A DNA stretch of 64,000 bases from Takakia lepidozioides. Lineage: Eukaryota; Plantae; Bryophyta. This document shows positions 12,025 to 24,722 of this stretch, in pieces (within the stretch, counting starts at the first letter, position 1; every line of letters begins with the position of its first letter). The position numbers were made by a program, and so were the translations under genes. The stretch is taken from positions 11,904,001-11,968,000 of the forward strand of contig CM060732.1 in NCBI GenBank assembly GCA_030704615.1. The letters are read 5' to 3'. A model generated the notes under the pieces. That model had not been told where the DNA came from, searched no databases, and was given only the letters and a program-made list of their open reading frames with translations.

Positions 12025-14289
12025 TCAATGTTTTCTCCTCTTGCCCTTTTGCTTCTTACCTTTACCTTTTTTTTTAGACTTCCCCTTTCCAGCCTTCCCC
12101 TTGCCATCTTCATTATTGAAGAAGGCGTCTGAGCCCGCCCCTCCTCTAAAACTCTTTTCTTTGGGGGCTGCAGATGGAGGCTTCACAAACAAAACCCCGC
12201 CCTTGAACTTCCCCTCAGATACCCTTAGGCCTCTGTCCTCGGCACTCCACTTCTGCAATTTCCTATTGGTTCGTTTTGCAGGGCGGAGCCCAGCAGCAAT
12301 GTCCTGATTGCGAAACACCAAAAGAAAATCAGACAAAATTGAAAGATTTGAAAGATCCTTCATATGCTACATACAGCAAGACTCTCCCTCTCTCCCTATA
12401 TGCGTGCATGGTGTGCGACAACAAGACCTACAGCACAGAAGTGATCTCTAGTATAGAGAAAAAGACTTCTTGTGGTCCTTTGCCCAGGGCAATACTCAGA
12501 ATCTAAATCTAAATCACTTTAGAATTCAGAACACCCACCAAGTTATCCATGCAATCTTCACATACATAATTGAGGTTACAATACAAAAGAGCAATTAAGA
12601 CACAACATGATTGTTTGGAACGTGATCATTTAGAAAGAGTGGGAAGAGCACAAAGGGACATAGGGAAAACCTCTTGAAGCTTCTGTTGGTCTCGCTGCTC
12701 TTGTTTTCTTTTGATGCCTACTCCCATTGCGATGGGCATTTTGAAGCTTTTTACTGGCTATACCAGAGGACCCCACCATCAGTGGCCAGGGTTAGTGACC
12801 AAACATGAGGATAAAAGATCAAGACGCCCTTAGACACCTACAAACATCCCACCTTGGTACTCAACGGGTGAGATATCTTCCATCTCGTGGTAACCATGCA
12901 TACAACACTGTCAATAACAGAATCCACCAGATATCCTCCAAGAAGTGAAAGGATCTCTATTATAAAGCCTTCCAGTAGGAGTTGTTAAAAGTTCATGCAG
13001 ATTTCAGATCACATTTTTTGAGTATCCATCAAATGCCCAACTTGCTGATCAAGTCTCACATACAGATATGGCTGGCCTGAAGCAACCCACCAACATACTG
13101 TATAGAATATTGCTATTGCAAGTGTCTATGCCTGCAAAGAGGAAACTACAAGATGCGGCATGGGAAGCAAAGAGGTCCCACTAACCTTAGCACCAAGAGT
13201 GCACAATTTTTTTGCTTCCCATTGCTTGCGATCCTTCCAGCTAAGTGACGAAGTTCCTGAGACCGAGGCAAAGGCAGAGTATGGACACTCATTCAGTACC
13301 AACCCAACAAATGACTGTTATCCAGGATAAAGCTAGATGTCAGTGGTTGGGATACTGTTGCCAGAGTTAGGTCGTCCTGATCATATGCGTGTATGTAGGG
13401 GGCCCATTGTACATTGGTGACCCAGCCACAATTGGGGTGGATGACAGGTATGTCCAGGTTTCTGAGGTTCTGAAGGAAGAATCCAGCCAAAAAAGCGGTC
13501 CTGGCGACAATGTAAGCAGCCAATTAGAAATAGCCCACCTCTGAACCTGGGCAGCAGCGTTAATGGATGCACTACATACAATCTTTTTTGTATTTGGTAA
13601 TCGGAAGCTAATATCAACCCTAAGCCCCAGAATAGAGTGAACCGATAGAGAGAAGACTTGGCAGACCTAGCTGCTCCACCTCTTTGAGTATGCTTTTGAA
13701 CTCCTGAGTGTGAGCCTCATCATCGTCGTCTCTATCTTGAAGTTTGTTTGTAACACCGTCCTTCATAATATCCGATGCTCTGGGAGACTGTACAAGACCA
13801 TAAGACACGACTCAAACTCTTCCTTGGTTTCTCTTTCTCCCTCTCTCGCATCTTACGTGTGACAAGAAGTCATGGTAGTATCAATATCACGACTGTACTT
13901 CTGATACACCCTACCTCAAGGACGAGCTACTTCTCGACGTTGAAGTTGATAACACCTACAATGAAACCATTGGGTGATAGAGGTCACAAACGCAATTGTC
14001 GACTCTCTAATTCCAAGAGATCCAACCTACGGGACAATTTTCCGAATTCTAAACATGCTCAACCGCAGCATCGTATTGGTACACTTTCAGACAAACTTTC
14101 ACAGAGCAATACAGATTCCCAGCCAAGGGTTCAGGGTTTACGATGGCATGAGACACTTACCATGAAGATCCTCCACTCTTTGGCGTTTGCTCTGCTGTGA
14201 TTTTCCCGAGAGCCTCCACTTCCATCATACACCACAGCTGTGTCGCTGTGTACGCGCACAGCGGGCTGTCTTCCCTTCCTGCCCGCCAT
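12025..14289 (-). CDS. Faf1/C1orf131 (DUF4602)-like small-subunit processome assembly factor, 5 exons
   Basis: Exons 14289-14161, 13787-13667, 13256-13186, 12757-12671 and 12303-12025 join in frame: VVYDGSG..WRIFMSPRAS, LKEVEQLGTSSLSWKDRKQWEAKKLCTLGAKP...KMPIAMG, RGLRVSEGKFKGGVLFV, then a Lys-rich tail. Confidence 0.8.
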
Positions 14290-14573
14290 AACCCACCTCA
14301 CAAATCACTTCTGTCCCTCTCCTGCAACATCAAAACCCACTCTGTACTGCAGGCCTCCCCTTTGCACCTAAAACCCACCTCACATACAGACTCCAGTAAA
14401 AGTAGTCTTCCTTCCGTCTGGATCCCCAACAAATCTGGAGTGCGCAGAGAACAGCCCATAACCATCCGTTCGTGGAATTATGCTTTAATCTGACAGAATA
14501 TGCTTCAGTGTTCCTTTTGCGGACACTCATTCTAGCCGCATGTTGACGAAAGCTTGCGTACGGATCTTAGTCC
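14290..14573. promoter_or_regulatory. Putative bidirectional promoter between the Faf1-like and MOT2-like genes
   Basis: The divergent start codons are only 284 bp apart. Confidence 0.55.
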
Positions 14574-17500
14574 ATGGAAGTGTGGGAGGATATGGAGGAG
14601 ACGGCATGGCAGGGGCCTGCAAGATGGATGTATGCTCTGCAACTGCTGGCCTGCGGAGCGGTGCTGTGTAGCAGGATTTTTTTCACTTCAAAGACTACCT
14701 CGCTCGACAAGACTCCTACAATGGCTCGCTTTACTCCTTCCTTCCTCTGCTTCCAGCGCAAATTTCTGAGTGTCTTCTTCCTTGCTTTGGGTATGATTTC
14801 TAGCTGTGGTCCAAGGGATCGCTATGTCTGTAAAAGCATATAGGGGGATCTAGGACGCTTGATCTTCACCTGAAATCTGGAAGGTACACAGTACTTATTC
14901 AGAAGTTTACTTATACTAGGTGAGTAAATCATGTTTATCGTTCATTTTGATTGAATTTCTTTCTCTGTGAAAGTCAGTCTGTCTTCAAAGATTTGGCAAA
15001 TGAATTCGCAAAGACCGGCATTAGTTGGAAATCATAACGGTCACATGCGCATTCGACAAACTCTGCACAGCACAATTTCTGACTCTGCGCATTGAAAGGT
15101 ACTGAAGTTTTGTGGAAGGGTGGATTTGAAACACGGTTTGAGATTAAATCCCTCGTTGTTCGGTAGGATCTTAGATCACGTAGGTGAGCACAATTTTGCT
15201 TGGTTGTGAAACGTTTTCCTTAATCCACAACCTGTTCCTACGTCTGTTCATCAAGGAATGTTGGTACCTGAGTAAAGATCTCGGTGGAACTTCTCGGACT
15301 TATAATTTGAAGGCTGGTGATGGGCAGTGGCAGACGGATTGCAGACAGTTTACGGGGAAGCGTTGTATGAGAGTTACGGTCTGAAAAGACGGGAGGTGGC
15401 GCTGTTGTTGGCCATTGGACATGGCAGCTCTCTCTTACTAGGCACGTTTCTTGGAGCTTCGGCTGACTACTTGTAAGCCAGCTAGAAGCAATTTTCAAGA
15501 GCACTATTTGTTTTCTGTGTTACTATGGCCTGCCTGTAGCCTGGAACAAGAAGGTCCTGACGTTTGGCTGATTGCATTTTCCTGGTAAGTCCAGCCAAGT
15601 GCTTTTCCAGTGCAAATTTGCAGTCTTTCTAGTCAATCGATGAGCAGGCCTTACTACAACTTCCCATTCACCTGCAAATTATCCTATTTGTGGCATATGG
15701 GAAGTGGATAAAGTTGGCCACAATCTGCTGTCTCCTAAGACTAAGCTGCTTAATCTACCCTTTGCCCAATAGCCTACTTGAGGTGTAACTATCACAGTTG
15801 CATCCAAGATTCTGCTCCATTTTTCTGCAGCACACCGACAGATTTGAATGTTGATGTACTTGAAACCCCTGTTCCCTTGTGCTCTGAAAACAAAATATAC
15901 TCTCTTATCACTTTTGAAACAGACTCTATGCAAGTAACACACTGGTACAAACTCAAAAGTGTAAAACTGATGTCTGATGGGTTCCTGGTGGGCATGCAGA
16001 GGTCGTAAAAAGGCATGCCTGATATATGGCCTTCTCCAGGTCTTAGGATGCTTAGCCAAGCAGCACAACAACTTCAAGGTGCTGTGTTTTGCCCATGCTT
16101 GCCTTGGGCTTGCAGGATCCCTTCTATTTTCTGCTTTTGAGGCATGGATGACAGCAGAGCATGAAAGGGTACCGTTTCTCCCCCATCTCTCAAGCTGGAT
16201 AAGGATTGTCAGAACATTATGTATAACTTTCACCACTTGTCGTCCATTCATTGCGGTTAATCCTTGCCTTCTTTATGCAATGTGAGTCAAGACAATTACT
16301 GGACTGAGGTGCATTGGACAGAGATTCTGGAGAGGTTTTTTAGCTTGATCACTCAATAGTTGATCTCATGACAGCTACTCTTTACATGATGCAGTCTTGG
16401 ATTCTGCTTTTAAGGCAAAAGATGCTAAGACTCCAGAAGATAGCATATTATTCAACTCCTACACATCCTAAGTGGAAGATATCTTTGATATGGATGTAGT
16501 GTGTCAAAATGATCAATTTTCTATGCTACAGTATTTGTTGGTTGAAATCCCTAACAGAACAACCACTCAATTTGTTGCTTATTGCGTCCTGTTGTTGACA
16601 TCTGTTTAGATGGGTTTCAGGCAGGAATGGTTAAGCGATACATTTTGGGTTATGGCATTCGGCAGTGGCGTTGTGGGTATAGGCAGTGTGGCTCTGGCCA
16701 ACTTCTTACTGGAGTGGCAGGGATTTAGCGGGCCAGCCACCGCTGTCGCTGCTACACTATGTATCGTTGCAATCAGCAAGGCATGGGGAGAGAATACAGG
16801 CAATCATTACGCAAAGCCGTCAAGGCCCTTACTGAATGCAGTGCAGGCTCTCCAGGGTTGGTCTCCATTACATTCTAAGCTCGCTATGCTCTGCTGTTAC
16901 TCTGCCTTAAAAACATTGGATGAGCTACCCTGGCTTGTGTATCCAACAAGAGTGCAGAGGTGGATAGAGGCAGTGGAAGAGCTAAAGACGCTAACCTGAG
17001 CCAGAGAATGAGAGATTGGGAGGCAAATTTATGCTAAGTGAGAAACTGTGGACTACAGTGTAGCAATTTGAGGGAAACTGAAATGTGGTCGAATGCAGAT
17101 AAGAGGGTGGCTCTGCTGGGCTGGACGCAGGCGTGCTTTGATCTCTCAATCTCTGTCTTCTGGCTCCTTTGGACACCCACTCTTGTGGTCGGTCTCATCT
17201 TTGTTCATTCATCTGTCAGACCTTCCTGTAGTTTCTTCATGTTTCATGGAAGGTTTGTGCTTCAGCTTATGGCAGGCAATTAGCAGAGGCCTGTTGCAAA
17301 TCTCAAAACATGAAATGCTCTTTAGTCTGCCATTGTCTTCTTCAACATTGCCATTGTCTTCATCTTATAGCTTAAATTTTACCGGAGTATAGTAACGAGC
17401 AGAAGTCCTACACTGCTTCTGCTTGAGGGTGCAGGCAGATGGGCGAGAGGTCCAAAGTGGCTTGATCTATGCACGGTTGATGGCATCGATGATGCTAGGC

Positions 17501-19104
17501 AGTGCCATTGCTGCCTTGGTCCTTTGTGGGCCCTTTTTTGTGCTCCCTGAGAGCTACCTTCCTTTCATTTTCATCCTTGCTGGTGGTTCCTTAATCTTGC
17601 CGGCTTATGACTACCAGGTCATTTTCATCCTCTCTGGTCCCTTAATCTTGTGCACTTACGACTACTAGGTGCTGAGAGAGATAGAACAGGAGGGAGGAGG
17701 AAAGGAAAGTGTATTTTGGGAGAAAACTTTGTCTCTGGAGATGGGGAAGGCCTGTATGGATAATTTAGAAGATTATCTTTAGTGAGTGGTAAAACAAAGG
17801 CATGGGATTTCAGGAAATCTTCATATTAGTGACTTGACGTGCTATAATGTTGATATCAAATATTCTGTATGTAGCTAATAGTGCCGGTGGTGTTAACATA
17901 TTTGTACTCTGTTTACTATGTGCATTATGTGGTATTTTTCTAGTTCAAAAAACCATGGAGAGGCAAGAGAGGGGTTCTGTTGAAATTCAAAAGCCAACCT
18001 TTGTAGAATTAGCAGGTTGTTGAGCCTTGACCCAGCTTGGGACATCACTGGCCCTTCATTCTCCTGATTTGTTACACACAGTACGTCTTATAGTGTGCAA
18101 AGTGGGAAATGAAACAATCCTGAAGAAAAAGAGGGGAGTGGGGATCACGGATGGATGAATGGAACAGCTGGCTCAGGTACCCTGCATTTACATGCATGAC
18201 TGTTGCAGGAGATCGAGGTGCTGGTGGCTTGCTTCTGTGTGTTCCATGTCTGTGTGGGCATTTCGTGGCCCTCTCTGGCTCGCCTTCGCAGCATGTAAGC
18301 AACAGTATGTTCAGATTTTTAGCTGAGAACCATGAGTTAGAGAAAGTCTATGATTTCTTCTGTACTTGGAAACAATTGATATTCGTTTGCAACGCATTGT
18401 TTGGGTTGTTGCAGGTGATTGTGTTACTGTCCACCTTTTCTTGTGAAGTAAATCTTAGGTGCGACCTTGATTTTGTGCAAGAATGAGATCCCTGTTTATG
18501 TCTGCCTTTCTGCGTGCAGTCCTTTTTTGAAAAGGGTGTCTCTGAGGGTTGCTTTGGCCAGATACATTCAAAATGACCGACGTGCTGCAGTGTTGAGTGT
18601 ATATCGCATACCTGTCCATGTTATATTACTCTTCATCATCATCAAGGTAAAGATTCAATAATACCCTGTTTAGGTTTTTATCCGTTCTCGTTGTCCCTCT
18701 TGCACCAGCATGTTGCTGAGTAAGGTGTTTACGAAAGAAAACAAGACAGTAGAACAAGTAGTAATGCAAAGTCTTGTCATTGGCAATGCAGGGAGGCTTA
18801 TTTCGCAAGCTGGAGAACAGCACCATTTTCACCATATGCATACTTGGCCTTCTATCAGGAGCTGCCTGCTTACGTGTGATGAAGCGAATGAGACCGGTCT
18901 CTTATGGTCAGTTCTCTTGGATTTTCCTGATCACATCTTTGGCTCACTATTTACATGTTCAACTAAGTAAGGTCTGCCTAGGTTTGTGTGTGTGTGTAGA
19001 CCTTTCTCCTCTGTTGTGATGCCCCAAGGCACAAGCTATGCTTTTTGTTGTCTCTCGCAGAAAGCTTGGTGTGGAAAGGCAGTGAGAAGCATCCCAACAT
19101 TTGA
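14574..19104 (+). CDS. MOT2: Molybdate-anion transporter family protein (MOT2/MFSD5, DUF791), ~10 exons
   Basis: Exons include 14574-14790, 15328-15472 (VADGLQTVYGEALYESYG), ~16000-16168 (GRKKACLIYG..LLFSAFEAWMTAEH), ~16610-16856 (GFRQEWLSDTF), ~17099-17187, ~17435-17617, ~18209-18294, ~18561-18646, ~18792-18906 and 19061-19104 (stop TGA). Confidence 0.88.
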
Positions 19105-19457
19105 ATCTCTTCCCACAACAAGGGAAATGTGGACACCCAAGTGCATGGAGCCTATTTCCAGTCTCACCTCTCACCAAGTGGGGCAGTGTATCTTTCGGTG
19201 TTGACACTTGTACCAAGCACTTCAATGCAGGATTGTGACTTGTGTAGCAGTATGGGCAGTAAGCAAATCCCTTAAACACAGATGACAATAGAGATGGAAA
19301 ATGTCTTCCTTGCAAATCACAGAGACCAGACTGTTGTCACACGTAATTTAACATCTCTGCATACATGCACACTAAAGAGGATCAGAATACGTGAGAATCT
19401 GGCTTTCTTGCATGCATAAACAACGCTTCAAATATTTCCTTTGTATATTGCATAACT

Positions 19458-19921
19458 TGTAAGGACCCGGAGTGTGTTACAGCGGGAACGCCCACACCAG
19501 GCTGGCGAGTGTGTTACGGGGCGTTACTGGCTGAGTCAACACATGTTTGAAGCGATGTTTATGCTCGGTAAAGAACCGGGGAGCGGGGTTCATCAGTTTT
19601 TCCCCCCTGAGACTCTAGCTCTGCCCTGGTCTCTCTATAGGGGGCTTAAACTGGTGAAGCCCGGTTCTTTACCCTTCACATATTGTACCATCACCATAGT
19701 TGTCATGAAGAGCTCTTTGGGTGACTTTGCGAAATGCCATGAGGTGGAGCCCTATATTTGATAGCGAGGGCTCCACATTATTTGGATGCAATGTGACATA
19801 TGTGGAGGTAAAGTGCACTCCTCATGACAGACTATGAAGTCTGTCATGAGGGGGAATTAAGAGACGTAGCTGCCCTCGCCGCACCCGCGGCTCGGCCTTG
19901 CTACGTCCAATATTCCCCCTC
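19458..19921. mobile_element. Hairpin-rich, LTR-like transposon remnant
   Basis: Begins TGTAAGGACCC, contains several strong stem-loops, and ends at a pyrimidine tract that reads as PPT-like on the minus strand. No second LTR and no TSD were found. Confidence 0.4.
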
Positions 19922-21115
19922 CTTTTGATCACTATCTAGTCCATCTCCAGTTTTGCAATGTGTTCTATGGTTCTCGAGAACAATGGACAAGGTTTCCCAT
20001 ACAGTTATCTCTGTGCCCATTTCCAGTAATTGTACTAGAGAAAGCTCCTAATTCACAAACACACTGCTCACACTCATCTGCACCTTCCTTCCTTCACCAC
20101 AACCAACTTGGATGCTGAGCTTGGGCCCGATAAAAACTCGACATAATTGTAATTAGGACCCAGTTAGATGTCACTGTTGTTTTACTTGGACAATCTCCAA
20201 CTCTTGAGCAGTAACGCCCGCTTCTTTGCACTGGATCCCATCTTCCTGGACCTTCCGGTGTCTAGTGTCTAGCACACCATTGACCATCCAGATATTCAGT
20301 CCTTACTTTTAAAGAAAGTACTTCAAATTCTATATTTCGAATCACAGGAAGTGTCTTCGCTGCATGCATCCGATGGTGAATTGGTGAATTCTTTTCGAGT
20401 AGGAGCTTGTAGAGGTTAAGGTCAACGTGGTTGAGGTTGCCTCTGTTATTGTTAAGAATGGAATGCAGTTCTCTCGCTACCAGGTTATCCGTCTGACTTA
20501 GTGAACCCTGAAGGCAGAGAAGGCAGTGTTTGATAAAGCCCACTTCGCGAGGCCGCAGGATGCCCCCACTCTCTGAAATATCGTGCATGGTTTGGGTAGT
20601 GTGAAACCCAATATCATGATCTATAATACTGCACAAGCATTTCATCATGCATATGTCCTTGGGTGGAGACGACTCTAATTTCCACATCACGGGAGAATGG
20701 TCGTCTCTTGGTCATGAATGGTAGGTACTAGGTACCCTCCAACGCATGGAAATAAATGGAACATGAAAATTAAAATATCTTGAACATCAACTGTTGGCTC
20801 GTTAATTACATCCTTCAACTCGGATTTGGATTTGCTTCTTCAAGCTTGTTCTTTCCCACCTCTAGATATCTCCAGAACACGCTATCTACTCGGCCTTGTG
20901 CTTCCTCTGGGGATCCTCTCGAGGGCCTAGCTGAGCTCGCTTTTGTGCTGCTTCTCTGCCTCGAGATTTGTTGCAGGCTCACGACTCTAGAGATCATTGC
21001 TTGTCCCCTGTACATAAACCTCGTCCAAGGTTCTGTTTATAATTATCCGCTGCCGCCCCGCGATTGGGTTCTGGCCTGGGGACAATCAGATTCCCATGCA
21101 GTTTGGAAAATGCAG

Positions 21116-21443
21116 GGGAGCATACAGAGTTCCAAGCCCACAGCTTGAAGCTCTCAGCCCCGCCAAGCGTGGAGGCAACGTCAGCAAGCAATCTCCTCCT
21201 TACTGCAAGAAGATTGAAACGGTACCTTTTCAATAATTTAAGAAGTATCTACCGGTACGGTACACTATCGCGAAGAACTCTACCTTGGAGGTAAAGCAAA
21301 ATGAATGACCACTTCCACCTGTGGTCGCATTCAGCAAAAAAGTTGCTGACAGAGGATCCAAAAAGCCAGAGTAAAGAGGAGGAGGAGTTTTGGAGCGAAT
21401 ACATTTCAAACTCCAGTAGATGGTGGAACAATCCAGGGAAGAA
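21116..21443 (+). pseudogene. Possible pseudo-exon with an OSB/PDF-type motif (organellar ssDNA-binding family)
   Basis: The frame is open between AG and GT except for one stop (21292-21294). It ends EEFWSEYISNSSRWWNNPGKK, resembling the W..FF.NP..WWDNR..K start of the PDF motif. Confidence 0.35.
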
Positions 21444-21599
21444 GGTGAATGTGTGTCACGTTACAGCTGAAGCAGACACAAATTCCTCAACGACTTGCAA
21501 GCACTGCAAGCACGTTAGGGTGTTTCACATCTGTACCGTCGAATTGTTCCAAGAAAGCCCACTTTGCTATTTTTGCATCTCCCCTGTCGAGGCTTCATA

Positions 21600-23107
21600 A
21601 CGTCCCCGGACAAACCGTTTAGGCATTTTTGCGCCTAATAATTATTTCAATAAATCAGACTGCTTAGGCACATTTCTCAAACGCCTCTCATTGTTTAATA
21701 ATAGGGTCATGAATGCACTGGCGGGCCTCGCCAATACGACCCTTGGGGTGAGCTCATAAGCCCACCGCCCGGGTAGGCGAGATTCTGAAATTTTCCAAGT
21801 CCTTGTTAATCTACCGTGGCGGACCTTCTAGCAGACTGGGCAGACCCTCCAACAGACCGACTCCAACCTTCTAGCAGACCCTCCAGACCGACGAGCGCAC
21901 CTCTCCAACAAACTGGGCAGACCCTCCAACAGACCGGCCGGCAAACCCTCGACAAAATATATATTTAATAGTACACGTGACCCCCCTCCAACAGACCCTC
22001 CAACAGACCGGCCGGCAAACCCTCGACAAAAAATATATTTAATAGTACACGTGACCCCCTCCAACAGACCCTCCAACAGACCGGCAAACCCTCGACAAAA
22101 AATATATTTAATAATACAACGTTATGTAACGAGACTTGAATACCACACCTCATGTTTATCATTCATTGCTCTTAACCACCACACTATCCACCACTTTCTA
22201 TAAGCCCTTGCAATAACTAATGCTTTATGTGCATATTGTGGGCCCCATCAGACTAGCTCATGTGTTTTGTGGCCGTAGACCAGCTTGCCGGAAAGACCCA
22301 ACAAGCACTAGCGGGTTCGGACGCTCCCACCCTCCGCGACCCCCTTTGCCACACGCGGGCCCGCCACAGCCGCATGTGTGGCCATTCATGACCCTATTAT
22401 TGTTAAATGAGAAGCTTTCTCAAACCATTTCTCACATTAGGCATCTTCATGCTAGTATAAGTTTTTAGAATTAGGCACATGAGAAGAGAAAACATTTATT
22501 GTACGGACATGATTTTGTGGGTGGGAACAATGTGGGATTTTACAGGCTTTTGAGCATACTTTCTAGGGAGAAGCTATGCGAGCAAATTTTGTAACCAATT
22601 TGTTTGCAGTGAATGATGATTTGGTGGACGGGAATCCTCAAGTCACTCAGGATATCCCTCATATCTACCTTGACCTTAGTAGAGAGGAAACTATGTGTAG
22701 ATGTCTTGCAAATTTGCACATTGAAAATGAGGATATCCTTGATCTCAATGTGGTGGACGAGGTAGATGGAGAGATCATGATGATTAGCGAGGAGGATGAA
22801 TATGATGACATTGTCGAGTCCATGCAGGGCCTTTCGAAGTTACATGGAGCTCTTGCAAATAGATTGCGATTTGTAGGAAGTTATTTCGGCACGCATATAT
22901 TTGTATTTGATTTTCCAGCAAAAACCTTGCAAGCCTCTTCTCATGTTGTTTGTAATAAGATGAAAATTTCATTGAACAAAAATCAGGCATTAGGCACTTT
23001 GGTCCCATAGTTTCCAAACAATTAGGCCAAAATCTGAAAAATTCCCAGAATTGGTTAGGCACTTTCATTTTGAATTAATTATCGCCTAAATGGTTGTTGA
23101 GAGACGG
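21600..23107. mobile_element. Non-autonomous TIR DNA transposon with a TA target duplication (Tc1/mariner-pogo type)
   Basis: Left end ACGTCCCCGGACAAACCGTTTAGGC versus right-end reverse complement CCGTCTCTCAACAACCATTTAGGC. TA flanks both sides, and the adjacent empty repeat unit confirms the TA duplication. Acidic ORF remnant at 22576-23010. Confidence 0.75.
21828..22120. repeat. Minisatellite inside the TIR element: ACCCTCCAACAG subunits and three ~65-bp higher-order units
   Basis: GGCAAACCCTCGACAAAA..TATATTTAATA occurs x3, and CCCTCCAACAGACC about x6. Confidence 0.9.
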
Positions 23108-24722
23108 TATATTGATATAGGTATCCACTTTGCTATTTTTGCAATCTCCCTTGTCAAGGCTTCATATATTGATATAGGTATCCACTTTACTATTTTTCAC
23201 GAATTTCCAATGACCAAAAGCACTTGAAATTCCAAATCTCCGAAGGGCCAATCATTGCTCCAGGAAAGGCCACTTTGCCATTTTTCGCAAATTTTCAGCG
23301 ACCAAAAGCATTGGAAATCCCACAGCACAGGTCCAAAAATCGTCAAACCAAGCCAATGCACCCCTCCTCATGGAGGGCTTTCCAACTGCACCAAGCACCA
23401 GGGTTGGGCCCGCGGTTTGGGAGATCTCAGCGTGTCCGCTAGAAAACAAAACAAAATAAAACAAACATCCGGCTTCATATTTTGGGCCTCTCTTGCGTCT
23501 TTATTTATTTATTTTTAAAAACGAAATAAAATCACAAATCTTATCGAAATTCCTACTAAATGGCTGATCCAATGGAACCCAATTTCCATAAGAATACATC
23601 TCGTGATGCTGGCTCCTAATGTTTTAGATTTTTTGGACAAGATTTGGGTATACCTCCTTTGTAGTGATATGGAGGGGAGTCAACACAATGCATTTTCAGC
23701 ACTTTTGCCACCTTATTTATCTTAAGTTAAAATTGGATTTGCAGCTTGAAAAATGGAATGGTCCGATGTTTCTCAAAAGGTCCTCACAAATTTTCGATTG
23801 ATTCCATCCATGTAATTCCCCTTACATGTTTTCTAAAGGCTGATACAACGAGGCACCCCATTCCTAAAAGAAACCCAATCTACTTTGCCCTTCTTGGGCT
23901 GCTCTCTCTCACCTGCTGGACAGCCGTGTGCGTCATACTAGACACTCTGCTAGAGATTTTCCAGCAGATGCTGCATGTTGCAGCTTTGGATCCTGTTGAG
24001 AATCTATCCAAAAACTTTGTGTTCAAGTGAAACCAGGAGGTCACACTATCCCTTCCAAAGGAAACTTGTGCCCTTGAGGAGGGGGAAAAATTAACCCCCT
24101 GTAATTGACTGTAATTGACACCAACAAATATAAATTCATCATGAATTATTAATTCAATTTATTTTAAATAGGCTTGGGCATTGGTGATGCCACGCGGATG
24201 AATTTCTTTGGTGTCATATCATGAGCCCTGGAATGGGTCTGACACGTCACCGGAAGAACCTGGAACCGGAGTCGGCACCTCGAGACGCTTAGTGACCGGT
24301 AGCTGAGATTTCCGCTTACTAAAGGAGTGTGTCAGTGACCAAGACTCTTTTGCTGTGAGCCTCCCGTTCTCTGCTGCCGAGGCCAGGCTTCTCGAAGACT
24401 TATACAGATCTCTTCATACTTTGCTCTCATCTTCGCGGTTGCGTCCCGTGCTTACTGTCTTAGTTTGATTCAAGGTCAGATTGTTGCCATCCCAATTGAA
24501 GGATTGGATCCGATTTACTCTGTTCTGCCTAATCGACTCTTACATTTTCGAAATTCTTATGTGAGACATTCTGCTTTCAAAGTGTACAATTCTGTGACAG
24601 TTGGTAATCGTCATTGAACGATCTTTGTTTGTATTGCGCCCCATTTGGTCGCTTAGATTTCCGCAAGTGTCCTACCCAATTTGAGAGGGATCATTTGAAA
24701 TTTTCTCCTTTGAAATCCGATC

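Noticed and set aside
21828-22120. Repeat array resembling CRISPR
   Set aside because: The units are contiguous with no unique spacers, there are no cas genes, and the context is eukaryotic. It is a minisatellite.
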